DNA of 63,076 nucleotides, filler included, from Thermodesulfobacteriota bacterium (GTDB lineage Bacteria > DASVDK01), in the NCBI GenBank assembly GCA_036381125.1. It is 9 parts of 9 records of this genome, joined end to end, with 100 filler letters (N's around TTAATTAATTAA, not from the genome) between each part and the next. Parts side by side here need not be neighbours in the genome. Positions count along the whole stretch, not along the records: positions 1 to 10,924 come from DASVDK010000094.1; 8 more parts are not named here. The stretch is one strand, 5' to 3'. The position numbers and the translations under genes were made by a program. This document shows, one piece after another, positions 1 through 10,020 of this stretch (position 1 is its first letter; each line of letters opens with the position of its first letter). The notes under the pieces were generated by a model, which made no database searches, was not told where the DNA came from, and was given only the letters and a program-made list of their open reading frames with translations.

Positions 1-2
1 TC

Positions 3-761
3 GGGCTCCTCGGCGAGGCGGCGGCCCGGCAGATCGCCCCCTTCAGGAGCCTCGTGACGACCGGCCGGCCGCTGGTGACCGTCAAGCTCGCCGCCTCGCT
101 CGACGGGCGTACCGCGACCCGGAGCGGCGACAGCCGGTGGATCACGGGCGAGCGGTCGCGCGCCCTGGTGCACGAGATGCGGGACGCGGCCGACGCGGTC
201 ATGGTCGGGGTCGGCACGGTGGTGGCCGACGACCCGATGCTGACCGCGCGGGTCCCCCCCTCGACGCGGCTCGCGGCGCGGCTCGCCATCCCGCGGCGTC
301 CGCTCTGGCGCGTCGTCGTCGACCCCTCGCTCCGGACGCCGCCGACGGCGAAGGTCCTCCGCCCCGACGCGGCGGCGCGCACGCTCGTCGCGTGCGCCGA
401 GGGGGCCGACCAGCTCGCACGCGAGCGCCTCGAGGCGGCCGGCGTCGAGGTCGTGGCGCTGCCGAGGCGCGGCCGCCTGCTCGACCTCGGCGGCCTCCTC
501 GACGCGCTCGGCCGCCGCGAGGTGGCCGACCTCCTCGTCGAGGGGGGCGCCGGCCTGACCGGCGCCCTCTTCGACCAGCGCCTCGTCGACCGTGTGGCGG
601 TGTTCGTCGCGCCGCTGATCCTCGGCGGCCGCGCGGCGCCGGGCATGGTCGGCGGGGAGGGGGTCGCGCGCCTCGGCGACGCGGTCCGGCTCACCCGGAT
701 TCGGCGGCGGCGGATCGGCGAGGACCTGCTCGTCGAGGCCGACGTCGTGCGGGAGACGTGA
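3..761 (+). CDS. ribD: Riboflavin biosynthesis deaminase/reductase RibD, reductase half (5' truncated at window start)
   Basis: Frame is open from base 3. Motifs KLAASLDG, SRWITG, VGVGTVVADDP and LLVEGG; first gene of a rib operon. Confidence 0.95.
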   Translation, partial: GLLGEAAARQIAPFRSLVTTGRPLVTVKLAASLDGRTATRSGDSRWITGERSRALVHEMRDAADAVMVGVGTVVADDPMLTARVPPSTRLAARLAIPRRPLWRVVVDPSLRTPPTAKVLRPDAAARTLVACAEGADQLARERLEAAGVEVVALPRRGRLLDLGGLLDALGRREVADLLVEGGAGLTGALFDQRLVDRVAVFVAPLILGGRAAPGMVGGEGVARLGDAVRLTRIRRRRIGEDLLVEADVVRET

Positions 762-762
762 G

Positions 763-1395
763 ATGTTCACCGGGATCATCGAGGACGTCGGGCGCGTCGC
801 GTCGATCGCGCGCGACGCCGGCGGCGCGCGCCTGCTGATCGAGACGTCCGACATCGACGCGGCCGCGCTCGCGGCGGGCGAGAGCATCGCCGTGGACGGC
901 GCCTGTCTCACCGTGACCGGCGTCGAGGCGTCCGGCGCCGGGCGAGGCGGCCGCTTCTCGGTCTACGTGTCGGCGGAAACGCTCGCCCGCACCACCCTCG
1001 GCGACCGCGCGCCGGGCGACCCGGTGAACCTGGAGCGGGCGATGGCGCTCGGCGACCGTCTCGGCGGACACCTCGTGCAGGGGCACGTCGACGCCACCGG
1101 CACCGTCGAGGGTCTCGATCCGGTCGGCGAGTCGGTCCGGTTCCGGGTGTCGGTGCCGGGTCGACTGGCGCGCTACGTCGTCGAGAAGGGCTCCATTGCC
1201 GTCGACGGCGTGAGCCTTACCGTCAACCGGGTCGACGACCGTCCGGGCGGTGACACGCTCGTCGAGGTGAACCTCGTCCCGCACACCCTGGCCCGCACGG
1301 CGCTCGCCTCGAAAACGGTGGGGGCGCGTGTTAATATCGAGGCCGACCTGCTGGCCAAGCACCTGGAACGGCTAGCGTTTTTCCGAGGTACCTGA
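763..1395 (+). CDS. ribE: Riboflavin synthase (alpha chain)
   Basis: MFTGIIE N-terminus, [32 protein letters not shown]. Confidence 0.96.
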   Translation: MFTGIIEDVGRVASIARDAGGARLLIETSDIDAAALAAGESIAVDGACLTVTGVEASGAGRGGRFSVYVSAETLARTTLGDRAPGDPVNLERAMALGDRLGGHLVQGHVDATGTVEGLDPVGESVRFRVSVPGRLARYVVEKGSIAVDGVSLTVNRVDDRPGGDTLVEVNLVPHTLARTALASKTVGARVNIEADLLAKHLERLAFFRGT

Positions 1396-2630
1396 TGCCC
1401 GTCTCATCGATCGCGGAGGGGCTCGCCGACCTCCGCGCGGGGAAGATGGTCATCCTCGTCGACGACGAGGACCGCGAGAACGAGGGGGACCTCTGCCTCG
1501 CGGCCGAGATGGCCACCCCCGAGGCGATCAACTTCATGGCGCGCGAGGGACGGGGTCTCATCTGCCTCGCCATGACGGAGGCTCGCCTGCGCGAGCTCGA
1601 CCTCCCGCTGATCGTGGAGTCGGCGGCCAACACGACGAACTTCGGCACGGCGTTCTCCGTGCCGATCGACGCCAGAGTCGGGGTCACGACCGGCATCTCG
1701 GCCGCCGACCGGGCCAGGACGATTCGCGTCGCGGTCGACGAGAAGACGCGGCCGAGCGATCTCGTCCGGCCGGGCCACGTGCAGACGCTGCGCGCCCGGG
1801 AGGGGGGCGTCCTGGTCCGCACGGGACAGACCGAGGGCTCGGTCGATCTCGCACGGCTCGCCGGCCTCAAGCCGGCCGCCGTGATCTGCGAGATCATGAA
1901 CGACGACGGGACGATGGCCCGCATGCCCGACCTCGAGCGGTTCGCCGCGGAGCACGGTCTCAAGATCCTCACGATCAGGGACCTCGTCGAGTACCGCATG
2001 CGGCACGAGCGGCTCGTGCACCGCGCGGCCGTCACCGAGCTGCCGACCCGGTTCGGCGGCGGCTTCACCGCCATCGCCTACACGAGCGACGTCGACCCGC
2101 ACCCGCACCTCGCGCTCGTCAAGGGGACGATCGACCCCGAGACGCCGGTGCTCGTGCGGGTCCACTCCGAGTGCCTCACCGGCGACGTGTTCGGCTCCGA
2201 GCGGTGCGACTGCGGCGAGCAGCTCCACGCCGCGATGGGCATGATCGAGCGCGAGGGGCGCGGCGTGCTCCTCTACATGCGCCAGGAGGGGCGGGGGATC
2301 GGGCTCCTCAACAAGCTCAAGGCCTACTCGCTCCAGGACGGCGGCCGCGACACCGTGCAGGCCAACCTCGACCTCGGCTTCAAGCCCGACCTGCGGCACT
2401 ACGGCATCGGCGCGCAGATCCTCGTGGACCTCGGCGTCCGGCGGATGCGGCTGCTCACGAACAACCCGAAGAAGATCGTCGGGCTCGAGGGCTACGGCCT
2501 CGAGGTGGTGGAGCGGGTGCCGATCGAGATGCCGCCCCGCCCGGCCAACCGCCGCTACCTGCACACGAAGCGGACGAAGCTCGGCCACCTCCTCACGGTG
2601 GACGAGATCGACGCGGGAGGGAAGGCGTGA
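1395..2630 (+). CDS. ribBA: Bifunctional DHBP synthase / GTP cyclohydrolase II
   Basis: [42 protein letters not shown]. Confidence 0.97.
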   Translation: MPVSSIAEGLADLRAGKMVILVDDEDRENEGDLCLAAEMATPEAINFMAREGRGLICLAMTEARLRELDLPLIVESAANTTNFGTAFSVPIDARVGVTTGISAADRARTIRVAVDEKTRPSDLVRPGHVQTLRAREGGVLVRTGQTEGSVDLARLAGLKPAAVICEIMNDDGTMARMPDLERFAAEHGLKILTIRDLVEYRMRHERLVHRAAVTELPTRFGGGFTAIAYTSDVDPHPHLALVKGTIDPETPVLVRVHSECLTGDVFGSERCDCGEQLHAAMGMIEREGRGVLLYMRQEGRGIGLLNKLKAYSLQDGGRDTVQANLDLGFKPDLRHYGIGAQILVDLGVRRMRLLTNNPKKIVGLEGYGLEVVERVPIEMPPRPANRRYLHTKRTKLGHLLTVDEIDAGGKA

Positions 2631-3103
2631 GGACCATCGAGGGCCGGCTCTCGGCGCAGGGGCTGCGCTTCGCCATCGTGGCGAGCCGGTTCAACGACTT
2701 CATCGGCGGGCGGCTCGTCGACGGGGCGCGCGACGCCCTCGCGCGCAGCGGCGCCGCGAGCGACGCCGTCGACCTGGTGCGTGTGCCGGGCGCCTTCGAG
2801 ATCCCCCTCGTCGCGCGCGAGCTGGCCCGGTCGGGGCGCTACGACGCCCTCGTCTGCGTCGGCTGCGTGATCCGAGGCGCCACGCCGCACTTCGACTACG
2901 TGGCGGGCGAGATGGCCTCGGGGATCGCCGCCGTCATGCGCGAGACCGGCGTCCCGGTGGGCTTCGGCGTGCTGACGACCGACACGATCGAGCAGGCCAT
3001 CGAGCGGGCCGGGACGAAGGCCGGCAACAAGGGCTTCGAGGCCGCCATGACGGCCATCGAGATGGCCAACCTGATGGCGCAGCTCCGCCGCGCGGGAGGC
3101 TAG
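2627..3103 (+). CDS. ribH: 6,7-dimethyl-8-ribityllumazine synthase
   Basis: GTGA overlap with the ribBA stop; [27 protein letters not shown]. Confidence 0.96.
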   Translation: MRTIEGRLSAQGLRFAIVASRFNDFIGGRLVDGARDALARSGAASDAVDLVRVPGAFEIPLVARELARSGRYDALVCVGCVIRGATPHFDYVAGEMASGIAAVMRETGVPVGFGVLTTDTIEQAIERAGTKAGNKGFEAAMTAIEMANLMAQLRRAGG

Positions 3104-3108
3104 GGCCC

Positions 3109-3546
3109 GTGGCATCGCGGCGGCGCTCGCGCGAGCTGGCGCTCCAGGCCCTCTACCAGTACGAGATGGGGGGGACGGCGCCGGCCGTCGGCGTGCCGAT
3201 GCTCGCCGAGCACTTCGAGGCCGACATGGCCGACCTGCCGTTCGCTCGCGAGCTGGCGGAGGGAACGGTCGCGGACCTGGAAGAGATCGATCGGCTGATC
3301 GAGGCCAGCTCCGAGAACTGGTCGTTGTCGCGCATGTCGCGGGTCGACCTGGCGATCCTGCGGCTGGCGGCCTTCGAGCTTCGCCGCCGGCCCGACATCC
3401 CGGCCTCGGTCACCATCAACGAGGCGATCGAGCTGGGCAAACGGTACGGGGCGGAGGAGACGGCGCCGTTCCTCAACGGCGTGCTCGACCGGATCGCCCG
3501 TCAGCTCGGCCGCGACACGCGCTCGCCGGGGCGGGGCGGGTCGTGA
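3109..3546 (+). CDS. nusB: Transcription antitermination factor NusB
   Basis: RRRSRELALQALY, W-x-L-x-R, INEAIELGKRYG, FLNGVLD; usual position after ribH. Confidence 0.95.
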   Translation: MASRRRSRELALQALYQYEMGGTAPAVGVPMLAEHFEADMADLPFARELAEGTVADLEEIDRLIEASSENWSLSRMSRVDLAILRLAAFELRRRPDIPASVTINEAIELGKRYGAEETAPFLNGVLDRIARQLGRDTRSPGRGGS

Positions 3547-4160
3547 TCGTCGAGGTGACCGCCGAGCCGGTCGACCGGATCCCGGCCGAGATCCTCGTCG
3601 TCTTCCTGCACGCGGACGACCGCCCGCCGGTCGGCGCGGCCGGTCTCCTCGACTGGCGCCTGAACGGCGCCCTCTCGCGACAGATCAAGGTGGGCTGGTA
3701 CCGCGCGGCCCGGGGCGAGGCGCTGCTCGTGGCCGCGGGACGCCGAGCCAGCGCCCCCAGGGTGCTCGTCATGGGGCTCGGGCCGAAGGCGGAGGCCGAC
3801 TCGGCCCGCCTGCGCGAGGTGGCCGGCCGCGCCCTCGATACCCTGGCCCGGATCCAGGTGAGCCGCATGGCCTTCGCGCTGCCGCCGGCCGGGACGGTTC
3901 CCCTCGGGGACGCGGAGCGGGTGACCGCCGTCGTCGAGGGGCTTCTCGACACCGTCCGGGGGCCCAACCCGCCGGAGGCCCGGCCCCAGGTCATCCTGGC
4001 CGTGCCGCTCGAGGCCCAGGCCGACGCCGCCGCGGCCCTGGCCCGCCTCAAGAGCACGGTCGGGGCCGGCTACCACCTCGACCTCCGCCCCCTCGCCGCC
4101 GCGCCCCGGCCCGCGGCCCGCGTCCGCCTCCTGTCGGGCGCACCCCTCCCGGCGACCTAG
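3543..4160 (+). CDS. Stand-alone peptidase M17 N-terminal-domain protein (no catalytic domain)
   Basis: DDRPPVGAAGLLDWRLNGALS and RVLVMGLG resemble Peptidase_M17_N; GTGA overlap with nusB. Confidence 0.7.
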   Translation: MIVEVTAEPVDRIPAEILVVFLHADDRPPVGAAGLLDWRLNGALSRQIKVGWYRAARGEALLVAAGRRASAPRVLVMGLGPKAEADSARLREVAGRALDTLARIQVSRMAFALPPAGTVPLGDAERVTAVVEGLLDTVRGPNPPEARPQVILAVPLEAQADAAAALARLKSTVGAGYHLDLRPLAAAPRPAARVRLLSGAPLPAT

Positions 4161-4235
4161 GCCTCTCGACCAGTTCGGGTCGCACGGCCCCAACCGAGAC
4201 CCTGGCGCCCCCGGTTCGGGGACCGTCGCCGCGGC

Positions 4236-4265
4236 TTGACACCCCTCCCGAGCCCGGTGTATGGT
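4236..4265 (+). promoter_or_regulatory. Putative sigma70 promoter of the DUF4388 gene
   Basis: TTGACA (4236-4241), 18-bp spacer, TATGGT (4260-4265), 83 bp before ATG 4349. Confidence 0.6.
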
Positions 4266-4348
4266 CCGCGCGCCTTTTCGCCCCCCTGTCTGTGACGGGG
4301 ATCGCGCGCAGTTCACTGGCCGGCGCGGAGGCGTCGGAGAGAGCCGGC

Positions 4349-5797
4349 ATGAGCCTCGTCGGAAACCTGGAAGATCTCGGGCTGGGGGACATCCTCCAGA
4401 TCGTGAGCCTCTCCCGGAAGTCCGGCATCCTCTACCTGAGAGCGGAGCCCGACGCGGACGGCCGGCGTGCCGAGGGCGAGATCATCTTCCAGAACGGACA
4501 GGTGGTCCGCGCGATCTCGACCGAGGCGTCGCAGAACCTCGGGGAGCTCCTCGTCGCGCGCGGCATCATCACCGGGCAGCAGCTCGTGGAGGCGCTCGGC
4601 ATCCAGCGGGCGGGCGGCGGCCGCGAGCGGCTCGGGCAGATCCTCGTCAAGCACCTCGGCATCCCCGCCGACAAGATCCAGGAGGCGATCCGCAAGCAGA
4701 CCGAGGCGGTCGTCTACACGTTCTTCCAGTGGACCCGCGGCGACTTCAGCTTCGAGCTGAAGGAGGCCGACGGCGCGCTCGACAAGGTCGACATCGAGCT
4801 GCGCCACATGGTCCTCGACACCGGCCTGAACCCGCAGTTCCTCGCGATGGAGGGGACCCGGCTGAAGGACGAGGCGAAGACCGGGCGCCCCGTCGATCCC
4901 GCGACCCTGCCGGTGAAGGCCGGGGCGGCCGCGCCGGCGGCCGCGGCCGACCGCAACGGGCACGTCCCCGCGGGCGGCGACGGGGCCGCCGAGCCGGGTC
5001 GAGAGGCCGCGGCCCCCGAGGCGCCGCCGGCCGCGGGGGAGCCGGACCCCTTCGCCGACCTCTCCCTGGACGCGTCCGAGCTGGCGGAGCCGCCGCGGGT
5101 GGTGTCTCCGGATCTGCCGGCCGCGCCGCCGGTTCCACCGCCACCGGAGGCGCCGGCCGCGCCGCCCGGCCCGTCGCCGCGGCCGCGCCGCTTCAGCGGG
5201 CCCACGGTGAACCTCTCGGAGGAGCTGGGCCTGTCGCCCGCGCAGGCGGCGCTCGGCGGCCAGAGCTCACGCGGCCTCGCGATGCTCAAGGCGATGGTCT
5301 CGGAGCTCACGAGCCCCGAGGCGCACGGGCAGATCACGCTCCTCATCCTCCGCTTCGCGAGCGAGCTGATGCGCCGCGCGGTGCTCTTCCTCGTCAAGGA
5401 GGAGGAGGTCGTCGGGCTCGGGCAGTTCGGCATCGAGCTGCCCGACGGCGAGAACCCCGATCGGGTGGTGCGCGGCATCAAGGTGCCGCTCGACGAGCCG
5501 TCGATCTTCACCGAGGTGCTCCGGCAGCGCGCCGCCGTCAAGGCCCCCCTCGGCGACGGCCGCTGGGACGCGTACCTGGTCGACAAGCTCGGCGGCCACC
5601 GGCCGGTCGAGGTCTTCTGCGCGCCGATCTCGAGCGGCTCGACGATCGCGGCGGTGCTCTACGCGGACAACGCGCCCGAGGCGGCGCCGATCGGCGACAC
5701 CGAGGCGCTGGAGATCTTCCTGCACCAGGCGGGGCTGCAGATGGAGAAGGCGCTGCTCGAGCGCAAGATCCGGGAGCTGAATCGCCCGGCGCGGTGA
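4349..5797 (+). CDS. DUF4388 + MshEN-like + Pro/Ala linker + GAF-like signalling protein
   Basis: MSLVGNLEDLGLGDILQIVSLSRKSGIL (DUF4388 start); tandem LGxxLV...Q motifs; C-terminal APISSGSTIAAVLYADN (GAF-like); GGAGAG RBS. Confidence 0.8.
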   Translation: MSLVGNLEDLGLGDILQIVSLSRKSGILYLRAEPDADGRRAEGEIIFQNGQVVRAISTEASQNLGELLVARGIITGQQLVEALGIQRAGGGRERLGQILVKHLGIPADKIQEAIRKQTEAVVYTFFQWTRGDFSFELKEADGALDKVDIELRHMVLDTGLNPQFLAMEGTRLKDEAKTGRPVDPATLPVKAGAAAPAAAADRNGHVPAGGDGAAEPGREAAAPEAPPAAGEPDPFADLSLDASELAEPPRVVSPDLPAAPPVPPPPEAPAAPPGPSPRPRRFSGPTVNLSEELGLSPAQAALGGQSSRGLAMLKAMVSELTSPEAHGQITLLILRFASELMRRAVLFLVKEEEVVGLGQFGIELPDGENPDRVVRGIKVPLDEPSIFTEVLRQRAAVKAPLGDGRWDAYLVDKLGGHRPVEVFCAPISSGSTIAAVLYADNAPEAAPIGDTEALEIFLHQAGLQMEKALLERKIRELNRPAR

Positions 5798-5813
5798 CGG
5801 GACCCGTCACCGC
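5791..5813. repeat. 23-bp palindrome spanning the DUF4388 stop codon
   Basis: GCGGTGACGGG-A-CCCGTCACCGC, perfect 11-bp arms, no U tract. Confidence 0.6.
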
Positions 5814-5894
5814 CTGCGCAAATCCTTGCGTCGGCAGCCGCGGGGGACGGCGCCCGGATGCGCCGTTTCCCGAGGAAAGTCCGTCGGTTCGGCC

Positions 5895-5911
5895 TTGGCA
5901 CCTCGATTGCT
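5895..5911 (+). promoter_or_regulatory. sigma54 (-24/-12) promoter upstream of cheY-cheA
   Basis: TTGGCAC-CTCGA-TTGCT matches TGGCAC-N5-TTGCW, 61 bp before the cheY ATG. Confidence 0.8.
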
Positions 5912-5972
5912 TCACCGTCGAGGCCGCTTCAGGTCCTTCGAGGCCCCACCAGAGGCGCAACCGGAGGCAGCG

Positions 5973-6353
5973 ATGGCGTACCGGATCCTCATCGCCGAAG
6001 ACTCCCCGACGATGCGTTCGCTCCTCGCGTCGACCATCGAGGACGTGGCCGATGCGGAGATCGTCGAGACCGGCACCGGCTTCGAGGCGCTCAAGGTGCT
6101 GCCCCGGCACCGCTTCGACCTGATCATCACCGACATCAACATGCCGGACATCAACGGGCTCGAGCTGGTCCACTTCGTCAAGTCGAACCCCGAGTACCAG
6201 CGCATCCCGCTGATCATCATCACGACCGAGGGGAGCAGCCGCGACCAGGAGCGGGGGCTCAAGCTCGGCGCCGACGCGTATCTCGTGAAGCCGTTCCGGC
6301 CCGAGGCGCTGCAGCAGACCGTCGCCCGCCTCCTGCCCAGGGAGGCTCGATGA
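5973..6353 (+). CDS. cheY: CheY-like single-domain response regulator
   Basis: ILIAEDS, IITDINMP, KPF; GGAGG RBS; ATGA overlap with cheA. Confidence 0.85.
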   Translation: MAYRILIAEDSPTMRSLLASTIEDVADAEIVETGTGFEALKVLPRHRFDLIITDINMPDINGLELVHFVKSNPEYQRIPLIIITTEGSSRDQERGLKLGADAYLVKPFRPEALQQTVARLLPREAR

Positions 6354-8515
6354 GCGACGAGCCGACGCCCGGCGCCGAGCCGCTGCGCGAGTTCCTCTCG
6401 GAGAGCGAGGAGCTCATCGAGAAGCTCGGGCGCGACCTGATCGCGCTCGACCAGGGCCTGCGCCGCGAGGGAGCCGGCGAGGCCGGCGCGGGGGGCGTCG
6501 ATCCCGAGCTGCTGAACGACATCTTCCGGGGGGCCCACTCGCTCAAGGGCCTCTCCGGCATGTTCGGCTTCAAGGGGCTCACCACCGTCTCGCACAACCT
6601 CGAGAACCTCCTCGACGCCCTCAGGCTCGGCCGGGTGGCGCTCGACGCGCAGGTACTCGACCTCCTGTTCGCCGGGCTCGACCTCCTCGGCCGGCAGGTC
6701 CGCGGCGTCGGGGAGGGGGGCTCCGAGGAGGGCGCCGACCTGGCCGAGATCGAGGCCTTCGTGGCCCGCCTCAACGAGGCCGCCGGTCGGCCCAGGACCG
6801 CGGCGACGAGCGCCGCGGCGGCGGGCGTCGACCCGGCGATCCTGGCGGTGCTCACGGAGTTCGAGGAGCACCGCCTCGACGAGAACGTCCGTGCGGGGCG
6901 GGGGCTCTACCGGGCGCGCGCGTCGTTCGACCTCGCCACCTTCGATCAGGGGCTGGCCGAGCTGACCGGGCGGCTGAAGAAGCAAGGCGAGGTCGTCACG
7001 ACGCTCCCCGGCGCGGCCGCCGCCGCCCCGGGCCGCATCGAGTTCGACGTCGTGTTCGCCACCGATCGCGCCGAGGCGGACCTGCGGGCCGCCCTCGCGG
7101 GGCTCGAGGCCGAGGTGTCGCCGCTCGTGGCCGCGCCCTCGCCGGCCGGGCGCGCCGAGGAGGCGCCGCAGGTGCCGGTCGCCCCGCAGAGGCCGGCGCC
7201 TGGGCCGGACGCCGATCGGGCCGAGCCGCGTCCGGCCGCGGGCGCCGCGCAGGCCGCCGAGGAGGCGGAGTCGAGCCTGCGGTCGGCGACGCAGACGGTC
7301 CGCGTCGACATCGCCAAGCTCGACGCGCTCATGACGATCGTCGGCGAGCTGGTCCTCGACAAGACGGTCATCGGCGGCATCGCCGAGGAGATGCGCCAGG
7401 CGGGCGGCGCCCCGACCCTCTCGGGCGCGCTCGCCAAGGCGACGCGCAGCCTCGGCAAGAAGCTGGCCGAGCTCCAGGAGCGGGTCATGGAGGTGCGGAT
7501 GGTCCCGCTCTCCCAGGCCTTCGACAAGATGGCCCGCACCGTCCGGAAGCTCTCGCGCGACGCCGGCAAGGAGGTCGACCTCGTCATCAGCGGCGCCGAC
7601 ACCAAGCTCGACAAGCTCATCGTCGAGGAGCTGGTCGACCCGCTCATGCACATCATCCGCAACGCCATCGACCACGGCATCGAGACGACCGACGAACGGG
7701 TCGAGCTGGGCAAGCCGGCCCGCGGCCGGATCGCCCTGCGGGCCTTCCAGAAGGGCAACCACGTCGTCATCGAGGTCGAGGACGACGGGCAGGGGATCGA
7801 CTTCGATCGGGTGCGCAGCGTCGCCGTCGCGCGGGGTCTGCTCGAGCCCGACGCCCCGCCCCTCAAGCCGCGCGAGGCGTTCGACCTCCTCTGCACGCCG
7901 GGCTTCACGACGCGGGACACCGTCACCGAGATCTCGGGCCGCGGCGTCGGCATGGACGCCGTGAGGACCGCCATCTCGCAGCTCTCCGGCGCCCTCGACC
8001 TCGAGACGACGCGCGGCGCCGGCACGAAGATGATCATCACGTTGCCGATGACCCTCGCCATCATCCAGGCGCTCGTCGTCGCCACGTGCGGCCGCACGTA
8101 CGCGATCCCGCTCAGCCAGGTGCAGGAGAACCTCATGATCGCGCCGGGCGACATCCGGACGGTGGAGCGGCGCGAGGTGATCCAGCTACGCGAGCGGACG
8201 CTGCCGCTCGCCCGGCTCGAGCGGATCTTCCGGCTCCGGCCGCCCGACGGGTGGCGTCCCGGCGGCGGCCGCGCCGACGGCAGCCTGTACGTGGTCGTCG
8301 TCGGGATGGGGGAGCGGAGCCTCGGCATCGTCGTGGACGAGCTGCTGGGCCAGCAAGACGTCGTCATCAAGTCGGTCGGCGAGCTCTTGAGGGGCGTCCG
8401 CGGCATCGCCGGCGCGGCCGACCTCGGCAACCAGCAGACCGTCCTCGTCCTCGACGTCGGGTCGCTCACCGACGAGGCGATCGCGCTCGCGGCCGGCCGG
8501 CGGGAGGTGGGGTGA
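6350..8515 (+). CDS. cheA: Chemosensory histidine kinase CheA
   Basis: HPt FRGAHSLKG, VRVDIAKLD, HIIRNAIDHGIE, EDDGQGI, SGRGVGMD, C-terminal CheW-like P5 domain. Confidence 0.95.
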   Translation: MSDEPTPGAEPLREFLSESEELIEKLGRDLIALDQGLRREGAGEAGAGGVDPELLNDIFRGAHSLKGLSGMFGFKGLTTVSHNLENLLDALRLGRVALDAQVLDLLFAGLDLLGRQVRGVGEGGSEEGADLAEIEAFVARLNEAAGRPRTAATSAAAAGVDPAILAVLTEFEEHRLDENVRAGRGLYRARASFDLATFDQGLAELTGRLKKQGEVVTTLPGAAAAAPGRIEFDVVFATDRAEADLRAALAGLEAEVSPLVAAPSPAGRAEEAPQVPVAPQRPAPGPDADRAEPRPAAGAAQAAEEAESSLRSATQTVRVDIAKLDALMTIVGELVLDKTVIGGIAEEMRQAGGAPTLSGALAKATRSLGKKLAELQERVMEVRMVPLSQAFDKMARTVRKLSRDAGKEVDLVISGADTKLDKLIVEELVDPLMHIIRNAIDHGIETTDERVELGKPARGRIALRAFQKGNHVVIEVEDDGQGIDFDRVRSVAVARGLLEPDAPPLKPREAFDLLCTPGFTTRDTVTEISGRGVGMDAVRTAISQLSGALDLETTRGAGTKMIITLPMTLAIIQALVVATCGRTYAIPLSQVQENLMIAPGDIRTVERREVIQLRERTLPLARLERIFRLRPPDGWRPGGGRADGSLYVVVVGMGERSLGIVVDELLGQQDVVIKSVGELLRGVRGIAGAADLGNQQTVLVLDVGSLTDEAIALAAGRREVG

Positions 8516-9051
8516 TGACCGCGACGCGCGAGTGGCTCGACCTCGAGGCCGAGGCCCGCTTCACGCCCGTCGAGCTGCGCGAGGTCCAGACGGCCCCCGC
8601 CGAGGAGACGCGGCAGCTCCTCGCGTTCACGCTGGCCGGCGAGGAGTACGCGATCGAGATCGGCTCGATCGAGGAGATCGTGCGGGTCCGCCCGGTCACG
8701 GAGGTGCCGTTCGCGCCGCCGTTCTGCCCCGGCCTCGTCTCGCTGAGGGGCCGGATCGTCACGATCATCGACCTCAGGGTCCGGCTCGGCCTGCCGGCCG
8801 AGGCGCCGGGACGGGGCGCGCGCATCATCGTCTCCTCCGATCGGGGGCGCACCGTGGGGCTGCTCGTCGACGGGGTGTCCGGCGTCATCCGGCTCGGGCC
8901 CTCGGACCTCGAGGCGACGCCGGTCGTGGTCGGCGGGATCGACGGCGAGTTCGTGCAGGGGCTCGGCCGCATCGGCGGCCGGCTGGTGATCCTGCTCAAC
9001 CTGCCTCGGGTCCTCGAGTTCACGATCGAAGGGGACGGGGCGGCGCGGTAG
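8515..9051 (+). CDS. cheW: CheW coupling protein
   Basis: FTLAGEEYAI, TEVPFAP, GLVSLRGRIVTIIDLR, GLLVDGV. Confidence 0.9.
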   Translation: MTATREWLDLEAEARFTPVELREVQTAPAEETRQLLAFTLAGEEYAIEIGSIEEIVRVRPVTEVPFAPPFCPGLVSLRGRIVTIIDLRVRLGLPAEAPGRGARIIVSSDRGRTVGLLVDGVSGVIRLGPSDLEATPVVVGGIDGEFVQGLGRIGGRLVILLNLPRVLEFTIEGDGAAR

Positions 9052-9100
9052 GCGTCTCGCGCGGCCCGGCGGCCGCGCACAACAAGGGGCGAAGGGCGCC

Positions 9101-9481
9101 ATGGCCGACAACGGCAAGACGATCCTCGTGGTGGAGGACGAGAAGACGCTGCTCAAGCTCGAGAGCATCCTCCTCAAGTCCAGGGGGTACCGGGTCATCG
9201 GCGCCACCTCGGGGAGCGAGGCGCTCGCGCTCGTGCAGCAGGAGAAGCCCGACCTCGTGCTGCTCGACGTGATGCTGCCCGGCATCGACGGCTTCAAGGT
9301 CTGCGCGCACCTCAAGGGGGCCGCCGAGACCAGGGACATCCCGGTCGTGATGCTCACGGCGCGGACCCGCCAGGAGGACATCGCCCGGGGGCGCGAGGTG
9401 GGCGCGAACGAGTACATCACCAAGCCGTTCCAGTCGGCCCAGGTGACCCGCGTGATCGCGCGCCTGCTCGGAGAGTCGTGA
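9101..9481 (+). CDS. Single-domain response regulator
   Basis: ILVVEDE, LLDVMLPGIDG, VMLTA, YITKPF. Confidence 0.9.
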   Translation: MADNGKTILVVEDEKTLLKLESILLKSRGYRVIGATSGSEALALVQQEKPDLVLLDVMLPGIDGFKVCAHLKGAAETRDIPVVMLTARTRQEDIARGREVGANEYITKPFQSAQVTRVIARLLGES

Positions 9482-10020
9482 TGACGACGACATCCGCCGC
9501 GACGACGGAGGCCCCCGCGCCCACGGAGCTGCAGCTCGTCTGCTTCCGCATGGGGGGCGAGGAGTTCGCGCTCGGGATCATGCGCGTCCGGGAGATCGTC
9601 CGCCCGCTCAAGGTCGTGCGCGTGCCGCGGGCGCCGTCGTTCGTCGAGGGGGTCGTGAACCTGCGCGGCGCGATCCTCCCGGTGATCGACCTCAGGCGGC
9701 GGTTCGGGCTGGCCGAGGGGGCCGACGAGCGGCGGGTCCGCTTCCTGGTCGTGGCCCTTCGGGACTCGGTGGTGATCTTCGTCGTGGACGAGGTGCACGA
9801 GGTCATGCGCGCCGCCCGCGAGGCGGTGCTGCCGGCGCCGGCGCTCGTGCGGGGGATGGACGCGAGCTACCTCCTGGGCGTGCTGCCGGTCGGCGACCGC
9901 CTGGTGATGCTCCTGCACCCGGAGCGCGTGCTGACGAGCGCCGAGACGGAGGAACTCAGGCGGCTCGAGGCCGAAGTGGCGGCCGGTGCGGCGGACGCGG
10001 GAGCCGAAGGGGAGGGGTGA
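9478..10020 (+). CDS. cheW: Second CheW coupling protein
   Basis: LVCFRMGGEEFA, VPRAPSFVEGVVNLRGAILPVIDLRRRF. Confidence 0.9.
   Translation: MMTTTSAATTEAPAPTELQLVCFRMGGEEFALGIMRVREIVRPLKVVRVPRAPSFVEGVVNLRGAILPVIDLRRRFGLAEGADERRVRFLVVALRDSVVIFVVDEVHEVMRAAREAVLPAPALVRGMDASYLLGVLPVGDRLVMLLHPERVLTSAETEELRRLEAEVAAGAADAGAEGEG

Noticed and set aside
1..60. FMN riboswitch for the rib operon
   Set aside because: The window starts inside ribD, so the leader is not visible.
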